Under the pieces are notes generated by a model. The model saw only the letters and a program-made list of their open reading frames with translations. It was not told the DNA's origin and did not search any database. Position numbers and translations under genes: made by a program. A stretch of 64,000 bases of DNA from a virus. Below are positions 42,518-50,608 of this stretch, piece after piece. The first letter of the stretch is position 1; every line of letters begins with the position of its first letter. The stretch spans positions 5,647 through 69,646 of IMG/VR virus record IMGVR_UViG_3300032282_002676. One strand, written 5' to 3'.

Positions 42518-42790
42518 TTAAAATTTACGACCGCTTGCTGCGGCATGTGCTATACAAATAGTATCATAATCACGAACATAAGAACATCGTACAGTCAGTG
42601 GATCAATACCTTTAGCAATTGCATTTTCAATGTTTGCTGCCATAAGTTTACGGTCATTCATTGCATAATAACATACTGCTATAATAGTTGTAAGAATAAC
42701 GAATGTAATTGCCAAAACAACTAAATCGTTGGATCTTTTTTGTTTCACTTCTTCCATAACCAACTTCTCCTTTTTGCTCGATAAAATCAT
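42518..42790 (-). CDS. Hypothetical membrane protein
   Basis: One TM segment; AIAKGIDPLTVRC motif. Confidence 0.65.
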   Translation of the reverse strand: MILSSKKEKLVMEEVKQKRSNDLVVLAITFVILTTIIAVCYYAMNDRKLMAANIENAIAKGIDPLTVRCSYVRDYDTICIAHAAASGRKF

Positions 42791-43329
42791 ATGTTCCTTT
42801 GCTTAACCCTGTTGTAGAAAATGTGTCTGCCAATATAAGCAGTTCTTTTCATATTATTCCAAGTAGGTTTCACATAGTCTGCATGAAAAAATAATGCACC
42901 TTTCGTTGGGTCATCAAATTCATTCGTGTACAAATAAAATCTCAATGCTAAGTCAGTAATATCATTATACAATGCATTGTTGGTTATTGTCAAGAGTTTT
43001 TTACGTGCCGTTGCTTCACAATACCATGAAAACTGGCATACGTTACCTGTTTTTTGTTTTACCACTCCACAATAACTTGTTGGGTAATTACCATTCATCA
43101 TTCTATTGTGTGTGACAAATGCCACACCGAGTTGTCCTTCTTTAGGTTCATGGCCTGCTTCAAAGTACATGTTCTGTGCCAGACATTCAACTTCTTTTCT
43201 GGCATCTTTTGTTAGGTCTTGCAGTTCAACATTCATTTTAGTCGGCACAACAACCTGCGCCATAGAGTGACTAAAGAATAAAACGAAACTTGCAAATGCG
43301 GCACATAGTGCCAATGTTAGAAAACGCAT
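42787..43329 (-). CDS. SleB/Hydrolase_2 family cell-wall hydrolase with signal sequence
   Basis: CLAQNMYFEAGHEP..GQLGVAFVTHNR; CQFSWYC; DPTKGALFFHADYVKP.W; IGRHIFY. Confidence 0.9.
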   Translation of the reverse strand: MRFLTLALCAAFASFVLFFSHSMAQVVVPTKMNVELQDLTKDARKEVECLAQNMYFEAGHEPKEGQLGVAFVTHNRMMNGNYPTSYCGVVKQKTGNVCQFSWYCEATARKKLLTITNNALYNDITDLALRFYLYTNEFDDPTKGALFFHADYVKPTWNNMKRTAYIGRHIFYNRVKQRNI

Positions 43330-43349
43330 AATTTCTCCTTGTTAGTTAG

Positions 43350-43369
43350 AGAGGTGCCGAAGCACCTCC
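43350..43369. terminator. GC-rich hairpin (possible terminator or processing site)
   Basis: GAGGTGC-CGAA-GCACCTC (UUCG loop on the minus strand) between two genes; weak U-tract. Confidence 0.45.
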
Positions 43370-43377
43370 GGTCCCAA

Positions 43378-43650
43378 TCAGGTAGATGATTTTGATTTTG
43401 GTTTATCTACTGAAATATTTGAAACGAATCCATTCAAGACTTGTGCCTTGGATATGATTTCATTTTCTGAGGGATACGATGGGAAACCAGGATGATCTGG
43501 TATTGTTCCACCATTTAGTTTTGCAGATTCGACTTTTGTTGCCCAGTCGTTACTGATTGATTCACGCTTACCGTAATACTCATCGGATAGCATGTCTTTC
43601 GCCATTTTTAATAGTTCAAGGCGAATCTCGAACGGTGTCAAGTTGCTCAT
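43378..43650 (-). CDS. Conserved phage hypothetical protein
   Basis: PFEIRLELLKMAKDML...YPSENEIISKA..LNGFVS; SD AGGAG. Confidence 0.75.
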   Translation of the reverse strand: MSNLTPFEIRLELLKMAKDMLSDEYYGKRESISNDWATKVESAKLNGGTIPDHPGFPSYPSENEIISKAQVLNGFVSNISVDKPKSKSST

Positions 43651-43716
43651 AGTTACTCCTGTGTGTGTATAATACTGGCGGATTGTGTGTGATGCCAGTA
43701 TCTTTATTTAGTCAAT

Positions 43717-44277
43717 TTAATCCCAGAGGCCTTGGTAATATTTGCCAAATAGACGGAATCCATTCTCCATGCGTTGACACTCTTCCCAAGTTGCCGCCCA
43801 ATCGGTGTCCTTTACTTTCATCTCAAATGCGAATATCATTTCATTCATTATCCAATCCCATCGAGCATGGATATCATTTATACCCTCATTTATTTTATGC
43901 TCACTATAAAAATTAAAAGTAAGTTGAGCATCCCAATCTTCGGTAGTTGTGCCACGGAGATGTTCTGGTACATCTTCCATGTCTGTGAATGGTGAACCGT
44001 GTTTTGTTTCTTTCAACTGTTTCAGCATTGGTAGAATGATATCTGCTAGTGTGTGATCCATCGACCATGTATCATAACGGTCAATCTTCACATAGTTGAT
44101 TCGTGGATGAACAAAGTCGAGAAAACTTTGCCATGCTACGCAGATCGGATTTAAACGACTAGACCACTTCTCTATGATAGGTTCATCGTAATCAATCTCA
44201 CGCCAAAAGAAAACTTTCTCCAGTATGGTGTATGGAGAAAGCCAATGACTACGATAACATGATTTATAAATTTTCAT
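43717..44277 (-). CDS. Conserved phage hypothetical protein
   Basis: KIDRYDTWSMDHTLA.II.PML.QL...HG.P; RWDW..EMIFAF; GFRLFGKYY..LWD. Likely start at 44277 because the upstream extension overlaps the tmRNA. Confidence 0.75.
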   Translation of the reverse strand: MKIYKSCYRSHWLSPYTILEKVFFWREIDYDEPIIEKWSSRLNPICVAWQSFLDFVHPRINYVKIDRYDTWSMDHTLADIILPMLKQLKETKHGSPFTDMEDVPEHLRGTTTEDWDAQLTFNFYSEHKINEGINDIHARWDWIMNEMIFAFEMKVKDTDWAATWEECQRMENGFRLFGKYYQGLWD

Positions 44278-44291
44278 AGTGTATAGAATTA

Positions 44292-44580
44292 GGTGGGAGT
44301 GATTGGTTAATAAGGACACTCCCGAAACCCCAAGTGAGTTACGCTGCTAGGCGATCCTCACCATAAAATGCGTCATTTGCATTTATAGATTTTGCTTGAT
44401 TAACGGTCATCGCCTACCGTGTTGCCGTCTCCACTATCTCACGCTGTCGAAGCCTGGTCATCCCCATCAGGAGCACTCTCACGGTTTATCTGTCCGTTCC
44501 TAAATACATAGACAAGAATGCTCCTGGTGGAGATGGAGGGAATCGAACCCTCGTCCAACATGCCTTCGCTTTGAAGGAAT
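44292..44580 (-). ncRNA. ssrA: Two-piece (circularly permuted) tmRNA, tag (A)ANDAFYGEDRLAA
   Basis: Acceptor piece ...GGACGAGGGTTCGATTCCCTCCATCTCCACCA ends at 44525; 59-nt intervening segment; coding piece starts GGGGATGACCAGGCTTCGAC at 44465. Acceptor stem GGGGAUG/CAUCUCC has G3.U70. Resume context ATAAAT-GCA at 44380; tag ends LAA-TAA at 44339. Outer boundaries approximate. Confidence 0.92.
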
Positions 44581-44591
44581 ATACAACAATT

Positions 44592-44720
44592 CTATCTTAT
44601 GTAATTGCCAGTGACAACCACATAAATGAACAAACACCAACCAAATCTTAATGCTATATCAAACCAACGTTCGAAATGATCGAGTGGTGTTTTATTTTCT
44701 TTTTTCGGTTCTATCATCAT
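44592..44720 (-). CDS. Small membrane peptide (42 aa; not in the ORF track)
   Basis: MMIEPKKENKTPLDHFERWFDIALRFGWCLFIYVVVTGNYIR*; start overlaps the upstream stop. Confidence 0.5.
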   Translation of the reverse strand: MMIEPKKENKTPLDHFERWFDIALRFGWCLFIYVVVTGNYIR

Positions 44721-45022
44721 TTTAATTTTCTTTCCAATTCACTTAAACGATTCATACCAGTTTGTTTTAATTCATAGTGGTGAAGTTTTTCAATTGGATC
44801 TTCAATCACTTTAAATTTCAGTTTATCAAACTCTTTATGGAACTCGTTTCGTCTTTCGGCATCCCAACCCATACACTGAAAGAATCCACTTTTTGGATTA
44901 GCAGAAACATTTTTATCATAGTAGTCCATGTATCTTGCACGATACTTAGACAATTCTGAAAATAGCAAAGAACTCTTATGAGTTTTCTTTATCTCATCAA
45001 TCAATTCTTTCAAGTAACTCAT
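44717..45022 (-). CDS. Hypothetical protein
   Basis: 101-aa ORF in operon context; SD AAGGA. Confidence 0.6.
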   Translation of the reverse strand: MSYLKELIDEIKKTHKSSLLFSELSKYRARYMDYYDKNVSANPKSGFFQCMGWDAERRNEFHKEFDKLKFKVIEDPIEKLHHYELKQTGMNRLSELERKLK

Positions 45023-45036
45023 TATATAATATTCCT

Positions 45037-45576
45037 TTACTTATATGCTGTAAAAGTTTGATTTGCGCCAAGTCTTGTTCTACCTTTACCTTTTTCCTCA
45101 CTTGGTTTTACTTTGACGTTGTAATGCACTTTACCTTGATTTTCAACTTTACCTGATTTAGCAGAAGCATCAAGATGGTGCCAACTGCCCTCATGTGATT
45201 TGTGGTGAACAGCCAGAATAGATTCTTGCTTATGTTTATTGCCAACATTTTTTAAAGCATGGACCATTTTATTGTGACCTTCTTTACCTTTTTTAGCAGC
45301 ATGGACTAAGTATGATCCTTCATGACTCACTTCATGTTCACCACCATACTGATATTCACCTTTGTGTGGTCCAGACCAACCACCAATATGTCCAGATTTA
45401 TGTGCATGTTCTAAGTCTTTCTTCATCTCTGCGTGTGCTGCCTTTTTTTTCTCTGGAGTATTCGTATGAGGACCTTCAGGAGATAATGCGCCTATACTGT
45501 GTCCAGAAGCCAAATGTTTATTTACCTTTTGCTGAAGTGGATTGCCTTCTACAATGTACTGTTTTAATGATAGCAT
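45037..45576 (-). CDS. His/Lys-rich late protein, possible head-internal protein
   Basis: Start MLSLKQYIVE with SD AAAGGAGG and upstream GATAAATA (45594-45601). Confidence 0.65.
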   Translation of the reverse strand: MLSLKQYIVEGNPLQQKVNKHLASGHSIGALSPEGPHTNTPEKKKAAHAEMKKDLEHAHKSGHIGGWSGPHKGEYQYGGEHEVSHEGSYLVHAAKKGKEGHNKMVHALKNVGNKHKQESILAVHHKSHEGSWHHLDASAKSGKVENQGKVHYNVKVKPSEEKGKGRTRLGANQTFTAYK

Positions 45577-45586
45577 GATGCCTCCT

Positions 45587-46252
45587 TTAGGCATATTTAT
45601 CAATATACTGCATCAGAGGTTTCCGATAATCGTCAATCTGACGTTCAAATAACTGTGCTTCACCTTCACCAGTAGCAATCAATACTACTATATCATCAAT
45701 CCACATTCCTGTCAACTCTGAGAACATCAAAGCATATGCGGTACATTGCATGAAGTAGTTCTGGATGTAACTTTCTTCCTTTTGCTTGGCAGAAGTCTTA
45801 AAGTCGATTACCGATAACTTACCGTTCCACACACCAATCAAGTCTACTCGGCCAGCGATTTTCAACTTATGTGAATATAGTGCTTGCTCTTGGGAATATA
45901 CGTCACCAAGTTTCTCATCGATGATTGGTTTGATTTTGAAAAACATTTCCTTCAAATCTGGCATCATCGTTTGCAATCTAAATTCATTTGTTGCGTTGTT
46001 GATATAATCTTCACAAATTTTATGAACTCTAGTACCACGACCTGCCGCTTTGGTTGATATCTTGTTTGCTTCTTCAGCACCAATACGTTCACGCCATTCC
46101 ATGATTGCTTGTTTGTTGTAATTACCAAGTACCGTAGTGATAGACTTATACTGTTCTCCTGTGGGAGTAGTATATCGTCTACCACTATCGGTTGTTACTG
46201 CTTTCAAGTCAAAGTCAAGTGCTGGCAGTTTTACATGATTAAAAGTTCGCAT
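45587..46252 (-). CDS. PD-(D/E)xK exonuclease (Cas4-like phage exonuclease)
   Basis: SITTVL; RGTRVH..CE; AGRVDLI; VIDFKTS; YFMQCTAYA. Confidence 0.88.
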   Translation of the reverse strand: MRTFNHVKLPALDFDLKAVTTDSGRRYTTPTGEQYKSITTVLGNYNKQAIMEWRERIGAEEANKISTKAAGRGTRVHKICEDYINNATNEFRLQTMMPDLKEMFFKIKPIIDEKLGDVYSQEQALYSHKLKIAGRVDLIGVWNGKLSVIDFKTSAKQKEESYIQNYFMQCTAYALMFSELTGMWIDDIVVLIATGEGEAQLFERQIDDYRKPLMQYIDKYA

Positions 46253-46435
46253 CTACGTTATATAATGGTTTCTACTGTGGTGTGGGTAATTTTGTCGGAT
46301 AAACTTCTTTTCGTTCTTTGCAGTTAGATTGTCTTTTTCCATGTTGTCAATTTCAGTTGACATTTCTCGCTCTAGTTCTTTGGTAATATAATCATTTAGA
46401 ATTGCTACTTTTTTCTGCAATGAACGTTTTGCCAT
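46253..46435 (-). CDS. Hypothetical protein
   Basis: 60 aa; SD GAGGAG. Confidence 0.55.
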   Translation of the reverse strand: MAKRSLQKKVAILNDYITKELEREMSTEIDNMEKDNLTAKNEKKFIRQNYPHHSRNHYIT

Positions 46436-46467
46436 GTGTGCTCCTCTACAGGGTTCACATAATATAA

Positions 46468-46770
46468 TTAGTACCCAAATTTTCCGATATGTTTAGTGAC
46501 TAAATTTTGTGTTTTGATTTCTTTCATCGACTTCCGACCATGAGCATTAGCAACAGCAGACTGCTTATGATTTTCCGAAACTTTAGATAGAACTTCTTTG
46601 AAGCCGTCTGGTATTTTACCAGTGATTGATACACCAGAGACCGTTGATGTGGCCCCTAGCATTTGTTGAATATGTGGATTTTCTTTGAGATATTGTTCAC
46701 GTGCTGCCATGCTCATGAACTCCTCAAACTCCTCACCTGTTTCAGTGTTTACAAAATCATAGGTTGGCAT
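46468..46770 (-). CDS. FmdB-like small protein (zinc-ribbon Cys absent)
   Basis: MPTYDFVNTETGEEFEEFMS...YLKENPHI...DGFKEVLSKV; real start at 46770. Confidence 0.7.
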   Translation of the reverse strand: MPTYDFVNTETGEEFEEFMSMAAREQYLKENPHIQQMLGATSTVSGVSITGKIPDGFKEVLSKVSENHKQSAVANAHGRKSMKEIKTQNLVTKHIGKFGY

Positions 46771-46774
46771 AATT

Positions 46775-47341
46775 TTATTTAGTAATATACCATTCTGGAA
46801 TTTCACGTTTCTTCCAGTTGGCCAAGTGTGTCTTATTCTGTATATAGTAGTTACGATAAGACGCCAACGAATCCAACTCATATCGATCCGTGTGTACTTC
46901 TTTCAGAACTTTCACATCTTCAGGCATAGCAGGTGTCGGTTCAGTAAATGGTGCTTGTGGAATATTCTCAGGTATCCTAGCAAGATACATTTCCAATCTT
47001 GAACATGCATGAACTTTGCCATACCGATGTGTATATTCATCCATCAGTGCTTGGAATAAACTAAACAACCAATCATAGTTTTTATCTGATTGTCTTACCC
47101 ATACCGCAGACGGATGGTTAATGTGAGTAGCAGAATAAAGAACGGTATCACGGTTATCGGCAAGAACATATATAACTTTCTTCCGACCAGACTGACTGAC
47201 GCCAAAAGAAAGAACACCGTCAAGAATACGGTGAGCAGTAGAAAGAAGTTGAGCATATTCAAGGATCATTTTGACCACGTGTTTATCGTTGTGCATTTCC
47301 GCACACTTGCGAACATCGTGGTCGAGATAAAAGATATTCAT
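46775..47341 (-). CDS. Pyrimidine-dimer DNA glycosylase-like protein (DenV-related family)
   Basis: MNIFYLD...HNDKHVVKMILEYAQLLSTAH; HINHPSAVWVR; EYTHRYGKVH; YRNYY..K. Confidence 0.75.
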   Translation of the reverse strand: MNIFYLDHDVRKCAEMHNDKHVVKMILEYAQLLSTAHRILDGVLSFGVSQSGRKKVIYVLADNRDTVLYSATHINHPSAVWVRQSDKNYDWLFSLFQALMDEYTHRYGKVHACSRLEMYLARIPENIPQAPFTEPTPAMPEDVKVLKEVHTDRYELDSLASYRNYYIQNKTHLANWKKREIPEWYITK

Positions 47342-47342
47342 A

Positions 47343-47621
47343 TTAGAAGCAGAAGAATTTGCATTGAGTATTCACTGTCTGTGGAACTTGTTGTGCATGT
47401 TTCACTTGCACAGTTTGCAATTCTTTTAAGTGTTGATATTTCAATTCTTGCTCACGTTTTTCCATATCACGTTCAAGTTTTTCCATTTTTTCAATTTGAG
47501 ACTTTAGAAGGTCATTCGTTGAAAGCATTTGTGGATTAACACGTGGATCGTTTGCTAATGGAGGTGTTGACGTACACGCCGTCAACAGAGTCAACAATAA
47601 TAAAGGTATAATCGTTTTCAT
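47343..47621 (-). CDS. Putative lipoprotein
   Basis: MKTIIPLLLLTLLTAC: signal peptide II with LTAC lipobox; coiled coil. Confidence 0.7.
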   Translation of the reverse strand: MKTIIPLLLLTLLTACTSTPPLANDPRVNPQMLSTNDLLKSQIEKMEKLERDMEKREQELKYQHLKELQTVQVKHAQQVPQTVNTQCKFFCF

Positions 47622-47851
47622 TTCTGATCCTCATCAGGAGTAATTTTATTCATCACATAAACAAAGGCAATAAATTCAACAGCACCTCTTGATCCAACGA
47701 TTGCAAGAAGTGCCATAATAATCACCAACATATAAAACTTTTGTCGTTCAGTAAACAGTGCACTATAAAAATGTGCAGAGTCAATTGCCTTGAGTGAACG
47801 ATCCTCAAGTGCTGACCACTTTTTTGAAGCCCAACTTGTAAATTTAGACAT
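47618..47851 (-). CDS. Small membrane protein
   Basis: Likely start MSKF at 47851 with SD AAGGTGA; hydrophobic C-terminal half. Confidence 0.6.
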   Translation of the reverse strand: MSKFTSWASKKWSALEDRSLKAIDSAHFYSALFTERQKFYMLVIIMALLAIVGSRGAVEFIAFVYVMNKITPDEDQK

Positions 47852-47948
47852 GATCACCTTAAAAAGAAAATGGGGCACGTGCCTGTCTCCCGACAGTCAT
47901 TGTTGTTTAATGATAAGCCTAGAACGGCCATCACCCCGGAAACTTTAA

Positions 47949-48323
47949 TTAGGCGATTTCTTCAACTTCCGCCACATCAGCAACAGGTGCCGTCTTTGCT
48001 TTTAAATCGCCAAGTTTTTTGATTGATGTGTCAACAATAGGAATAATGTTGAAACCACGATCAGTGAGATAGGGCATCATCTCAGCAACATTCATCAATT
48101 CGTAACCAACAACTTTACGACCGCTCTTGTGTGCTTTGATAACTGCACCACGATATTTCATATTCAGCAATTCAGCACCGATGCGATACATAGCATCATA
48201 TTGCATGGTTGTTTGAATTTGCTCAAGGGTAACAACACCACCATTTGCGAGAACCATCAGTAAGCGTTCCCAACGAACAGGTTTGCCGGCACGTTTGCCA
48301 GAAGATGTGGTTTTAATAGCCAT
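47949..48323 (-). CDS. Hypothetical early protein
   Basis: 124 aa; SD AGGAG; own sigma70 promoter. Confidence 0.7.
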   Translation of the reverse strand: MAIKTTSSGKRAGKPVRWERLLMVLANGGVVTLEQIQTTMQYDAMYRIGAELLNMKYRGAVIKAHKSGRKVVGYELMNVAEMMPYLTDRGFNIIPIVDTSIKKLGDLKAKTAPVADVAEVEEIA

Positions 48324-48355
48324 AATATAAACTCCTAATTAATAGTAAGAATAAC

Positions 48356-48384
48356 AGTGTAACATGCTTGGAAGTATTTGTCAA
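48356..48384 (-). promoter_or_regulatory. Sigma70-type early promoter
   Basis: TTGACA-17 bp-TACACT. Confidence 0.8.
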
Positions 48385-48387
48385 GCA

Positions 48388-48777
48388 TCATAACACCTCA
48401 TTTTTGCGACCGAGACTTGCAGGATTCATACCTTCGGTAACATAAACATAATTACCTTTGTGTAATGGTGCCGTACAAGTTGCTACATAATCCACAATCT
48501 CACGGTCACTAGAATCGAGTTTGTGGTAATCTTTCATGATGCCAGTTTTTGTCATAGCACCCTTAACTGTATCTGGCAAAGATTCTGCCCGTACAATGTC
48601 ACGTGGTACACGATAAGAGAACACGGACTTTTTCTGTGCTTTTGCTTTGGGCGACATATACTTGCCACCAGAAGGTAACGGGATAGCATTGATAGACCGC
48701 TCGAAATCTTGATGGTCTTGCAATTGCTTTTTAGTTACTTTCTTTTTCTTTGATTTAAAGTATATACGAATCATCAT
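48388..48777 (-). CDS. Hypothetical early protein
   Basis: 129 aa, basic; C-terminal APLHKGNYVYV motif. Confidence 0.65.
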   Translation of the reverse strand: MMIRIYFKSKKKKVTKKQLQDHQDFERSINAIPLPSGGKYMSPKAKAQKKSVFSYRVPRDIVRAESLPDTVKGAMTKTGIMKDYHKLDSSDREIVDYVATCTAPLHKGNYVYVTEGMNPASLGRKNEVL

Positions 48778-48786
48778 AATATATCC

Positions 48787-48815
48787 AGTGTATCAGGTAG
48801 TGATCCAATTGTCAA
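48787..48815 (-). promoter_or_regulatory. Sigma70-type early promoter
   Basis: TTGACA-17 bp-TACACT. Confidence 0.8.
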
Positions 48816-49171
48816 GCGGCAATCTTTTGTTTTACCTTAGTGATATGTTTGCATTTGCTGTGATATTTGAAACCTATGCAAGGGCAAGAATAATGATCAC
48901 CAGAAAGTGTTACAATGTATTCATCATTCTTGGAACCTTTGACCTTGAACTTACGAATGGTTGTTGTCGAACCAGAAAGTATTTTCAGGTCTATAACATT
49001 TGTAAGATTGATAACTGACACAGGAAATTCTTTGTTGCCAGTTTGTAAACAGAACTCATTGGTAGATAACCAACGATAAGGATTGACCACTACGCCCTCG
49101 AACTTAGCGGCGCCAGTGTAATATTGACAATTTACGGATATTGTCGATCCAACGGTAGGCAAATTTGTCAT
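48812..49171 (-). CDS. SWIM zinc-finger protein
   Basis: V.GSK..EY.V...YSCPCIGFKYHSKCKHI (CxC...CxH). Confidence 0.75.
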   Translation of the reverse strand: MTNLPTVGSTISVNCQYYTGAAKFEGVVVNPYRWLSTNEFCLQTGNKEFPVSVINLTNVIDLKILSGSTTTIRKFKVKGSKNDEYIVTLSGDHYSCPCIGFKYHSKCKHITKVKQKIAA

Positions 49172-49180
49172 AGTATTACC

Positions 49181-49230
49181 ATTATACGATAATACTTAGA
49201 ATTTGTCAAGCGTGTTGTATTTTTACAACA
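49181..49230 (-). promoter_or_regulatory. Consensus sigma70 promoter with upstream palindrome
   Basis: TTGACA(49209-49204)-17 bp-TATAAT(49186-49181); palindrome TGTTGTA-N4-TACAACA at 49213-49230. Confidence 0.85.
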
Positions 49231-50109
49231 CTATATTGCCCCTAAAACTATTTCGCCTGATCCTGTAAATGAATAAATCCAATCATTACCTACTTGTGTT
49301 TCTGTTGCACCACCAACTATATTTGATGCTCTTGCTATACAACGAAGAATTACAATACCACTGCCGCCCGCAAAATCGCTTCCGGCGGTGCTATTACCGC
49401 CTGCTCCTCCACCACCATTTGCCGAAGCACTCTGATTGCCCAATCCACCAGGAGTCGCTGAAGCACCATTTACATTAGTTCCTACACCTTGACCTCCACC
49501 AGCATAGTTTACAGGAGTTCCTGTTATTGAAGATGCCAATGCTGCACCAGCATCTCCACCAGTCCAAACTCCAGGAACAGTAAAACCATTTGTTCCTGCA
49601 CCTCCTGCACCACCACCGCCACCAGAGCCTCTGCCTGCAGCATTACCATAACCACCACCGCCATTATTGCCTTGAGGAGTATATCCTAAACCTGCATTAC
49701 CACCTCCGCTTCCTTGTTCAGCACCACCACCACCACCAGAACCTCCTGATTGTCCGGCAATCGATGAGCCTCCATAAAAACCTTTATTTCTTCCACCTTG
49801 ACCACCACCATCAGAAATAACATTACTCCACACACGACTACCGTCTATAGAAATGACAGATGAATTACTACCGTTAGCATCAAGTCCTCCAGCACCAACA
49901 ACTATGAGTAGACGAGCGGCTTCAATTGTATTCTGTGTTCCTGTTCTTAAACCACCTGCACCACCACCTCCACCAATTCCTGAAAAATAATATCCACTAC
50001 CTCCGCCACCCGCAACAACTAGATACTGAACAGCAACATTTCCATATATTTTTTTTCTAAAATTGTTTACTGAAAGTCCACGTGTAATTACTGCTGATAA
50101 TATTGGCAT
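49231..50109 (-). CDS. Glycine-rich single-module putative adhesin
   Basis: Likely start MPILS at 50109; VQYLVVAGGGG...GGSGIVILR...YSFTGSGEI. Confidence 0.8.
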   Translation of the reverse strand: MPILSAVITRGLSVNNFRKKIYGNVAVQYLVVAGGGGSGYYFSGIGGGGGAGGLRTGTQNTIEAARLLIVVGAGGLDANGSNSSVISIDGSRVWSNVISDGGGQGGRNKGFYGGSSIAGQSGGSGGGGGAEQGSGGGNAGLGYTPQGNNGGGGYGNAAGRGSGGGGGAGGAGTNGFTVPGVWTGGDAGAALASSITGTPVNYAGGGQGVGTNVNGASATPGGLGNQSASANGGGGAGGNSTAGSDFAGGSGIVILRCIARASNIVGGATETQVGNDWIYSFTGSGEIVLGAI

Positions 50110-50113
50110 TTTT

Positions 50114-50569
50114 TTATCCGAGTGCAAACAAAGTATTTGAACTAATCACAGTGTAATTTGTAGGATCAGTTTTAAATATAGTAAATGTTACAAGATTATA
50201 TTCTGCATTTGCTATAGCAACACCGCCAGTTGGTTTAGTGTTTGCAGCATAGTATACTGTTTGTGCAGCACCATCAATATTTAAAGATGATGTATATCTT
50301 GTAGTACCATTTCTAAGAAGAATAGCGAGTGATGTTGTTTGTCCTGGATTTATTGCACCACCAAATGTTGATGTTGCATTTGCACGAAGATTGAACGTTA
50401 TATTTGCTGTGGTATTTGCAGTGAAGAAATATACTGTATTATTAGAAACATCAATGTTAATAGTACCACCAATAGCGGTAGAATATACATTAGCGGTTTC
50501 TAACACTCTAACAAGTGAAAGTGTTTGATTTGCGGATATACCGTCATTTAAAATTTTTGATAATGGCAT
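50114..50569 (-). CDS. Short fibre-tip-like protein
   Basis: Paralog of the C-terminal domain of 6338..7282 (ETA.V....GTINIDV...FN.R.NA; YAAN.KP; SNT.F). Confidence 0.7.
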   Translation of the reverse strand: MPLSKILNDGISANQTLSLVRVLETANVYSTAIGGTINIDVSNNTVYFFTANTTANITFNLRANATSTFGGAINPGQTTSLAILLRNGTTRYTSSLNIDGAAQTVYYAANTKPTGGVAIANAEYNLVTFTIFKTDPTNYTVISSNTLFALG

Positions 50570-50587
50570 TAATGTCTCCTAATCGCT

Positions 50588-50595
50588 TATTTATA
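50588..50595 (-). promoter_or_regulatory. T4-type late promoter
   Basis: Perfect TATAAATA upstream of SD AGGAG and the start at 50569. Confidence 0.8.
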
Positions 50596-50608
50596 CGATT
50601 AGTTTTGA

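Noticed and set aside
45587-46252. CRISPR-Cas system suggested by the Cas4-like nuclease
   Set aside because: Stand-alone exonuclease common in T4-like phages; no other cas genes and no repeat-spacer array.
47343-47851. Spanin pair (membrane protein plus lipoprotein)
   Set aside because: The upstream protein has C-terminal hydrophobic segments and no periplasmic coiled coil; early-gene context; not supportable.
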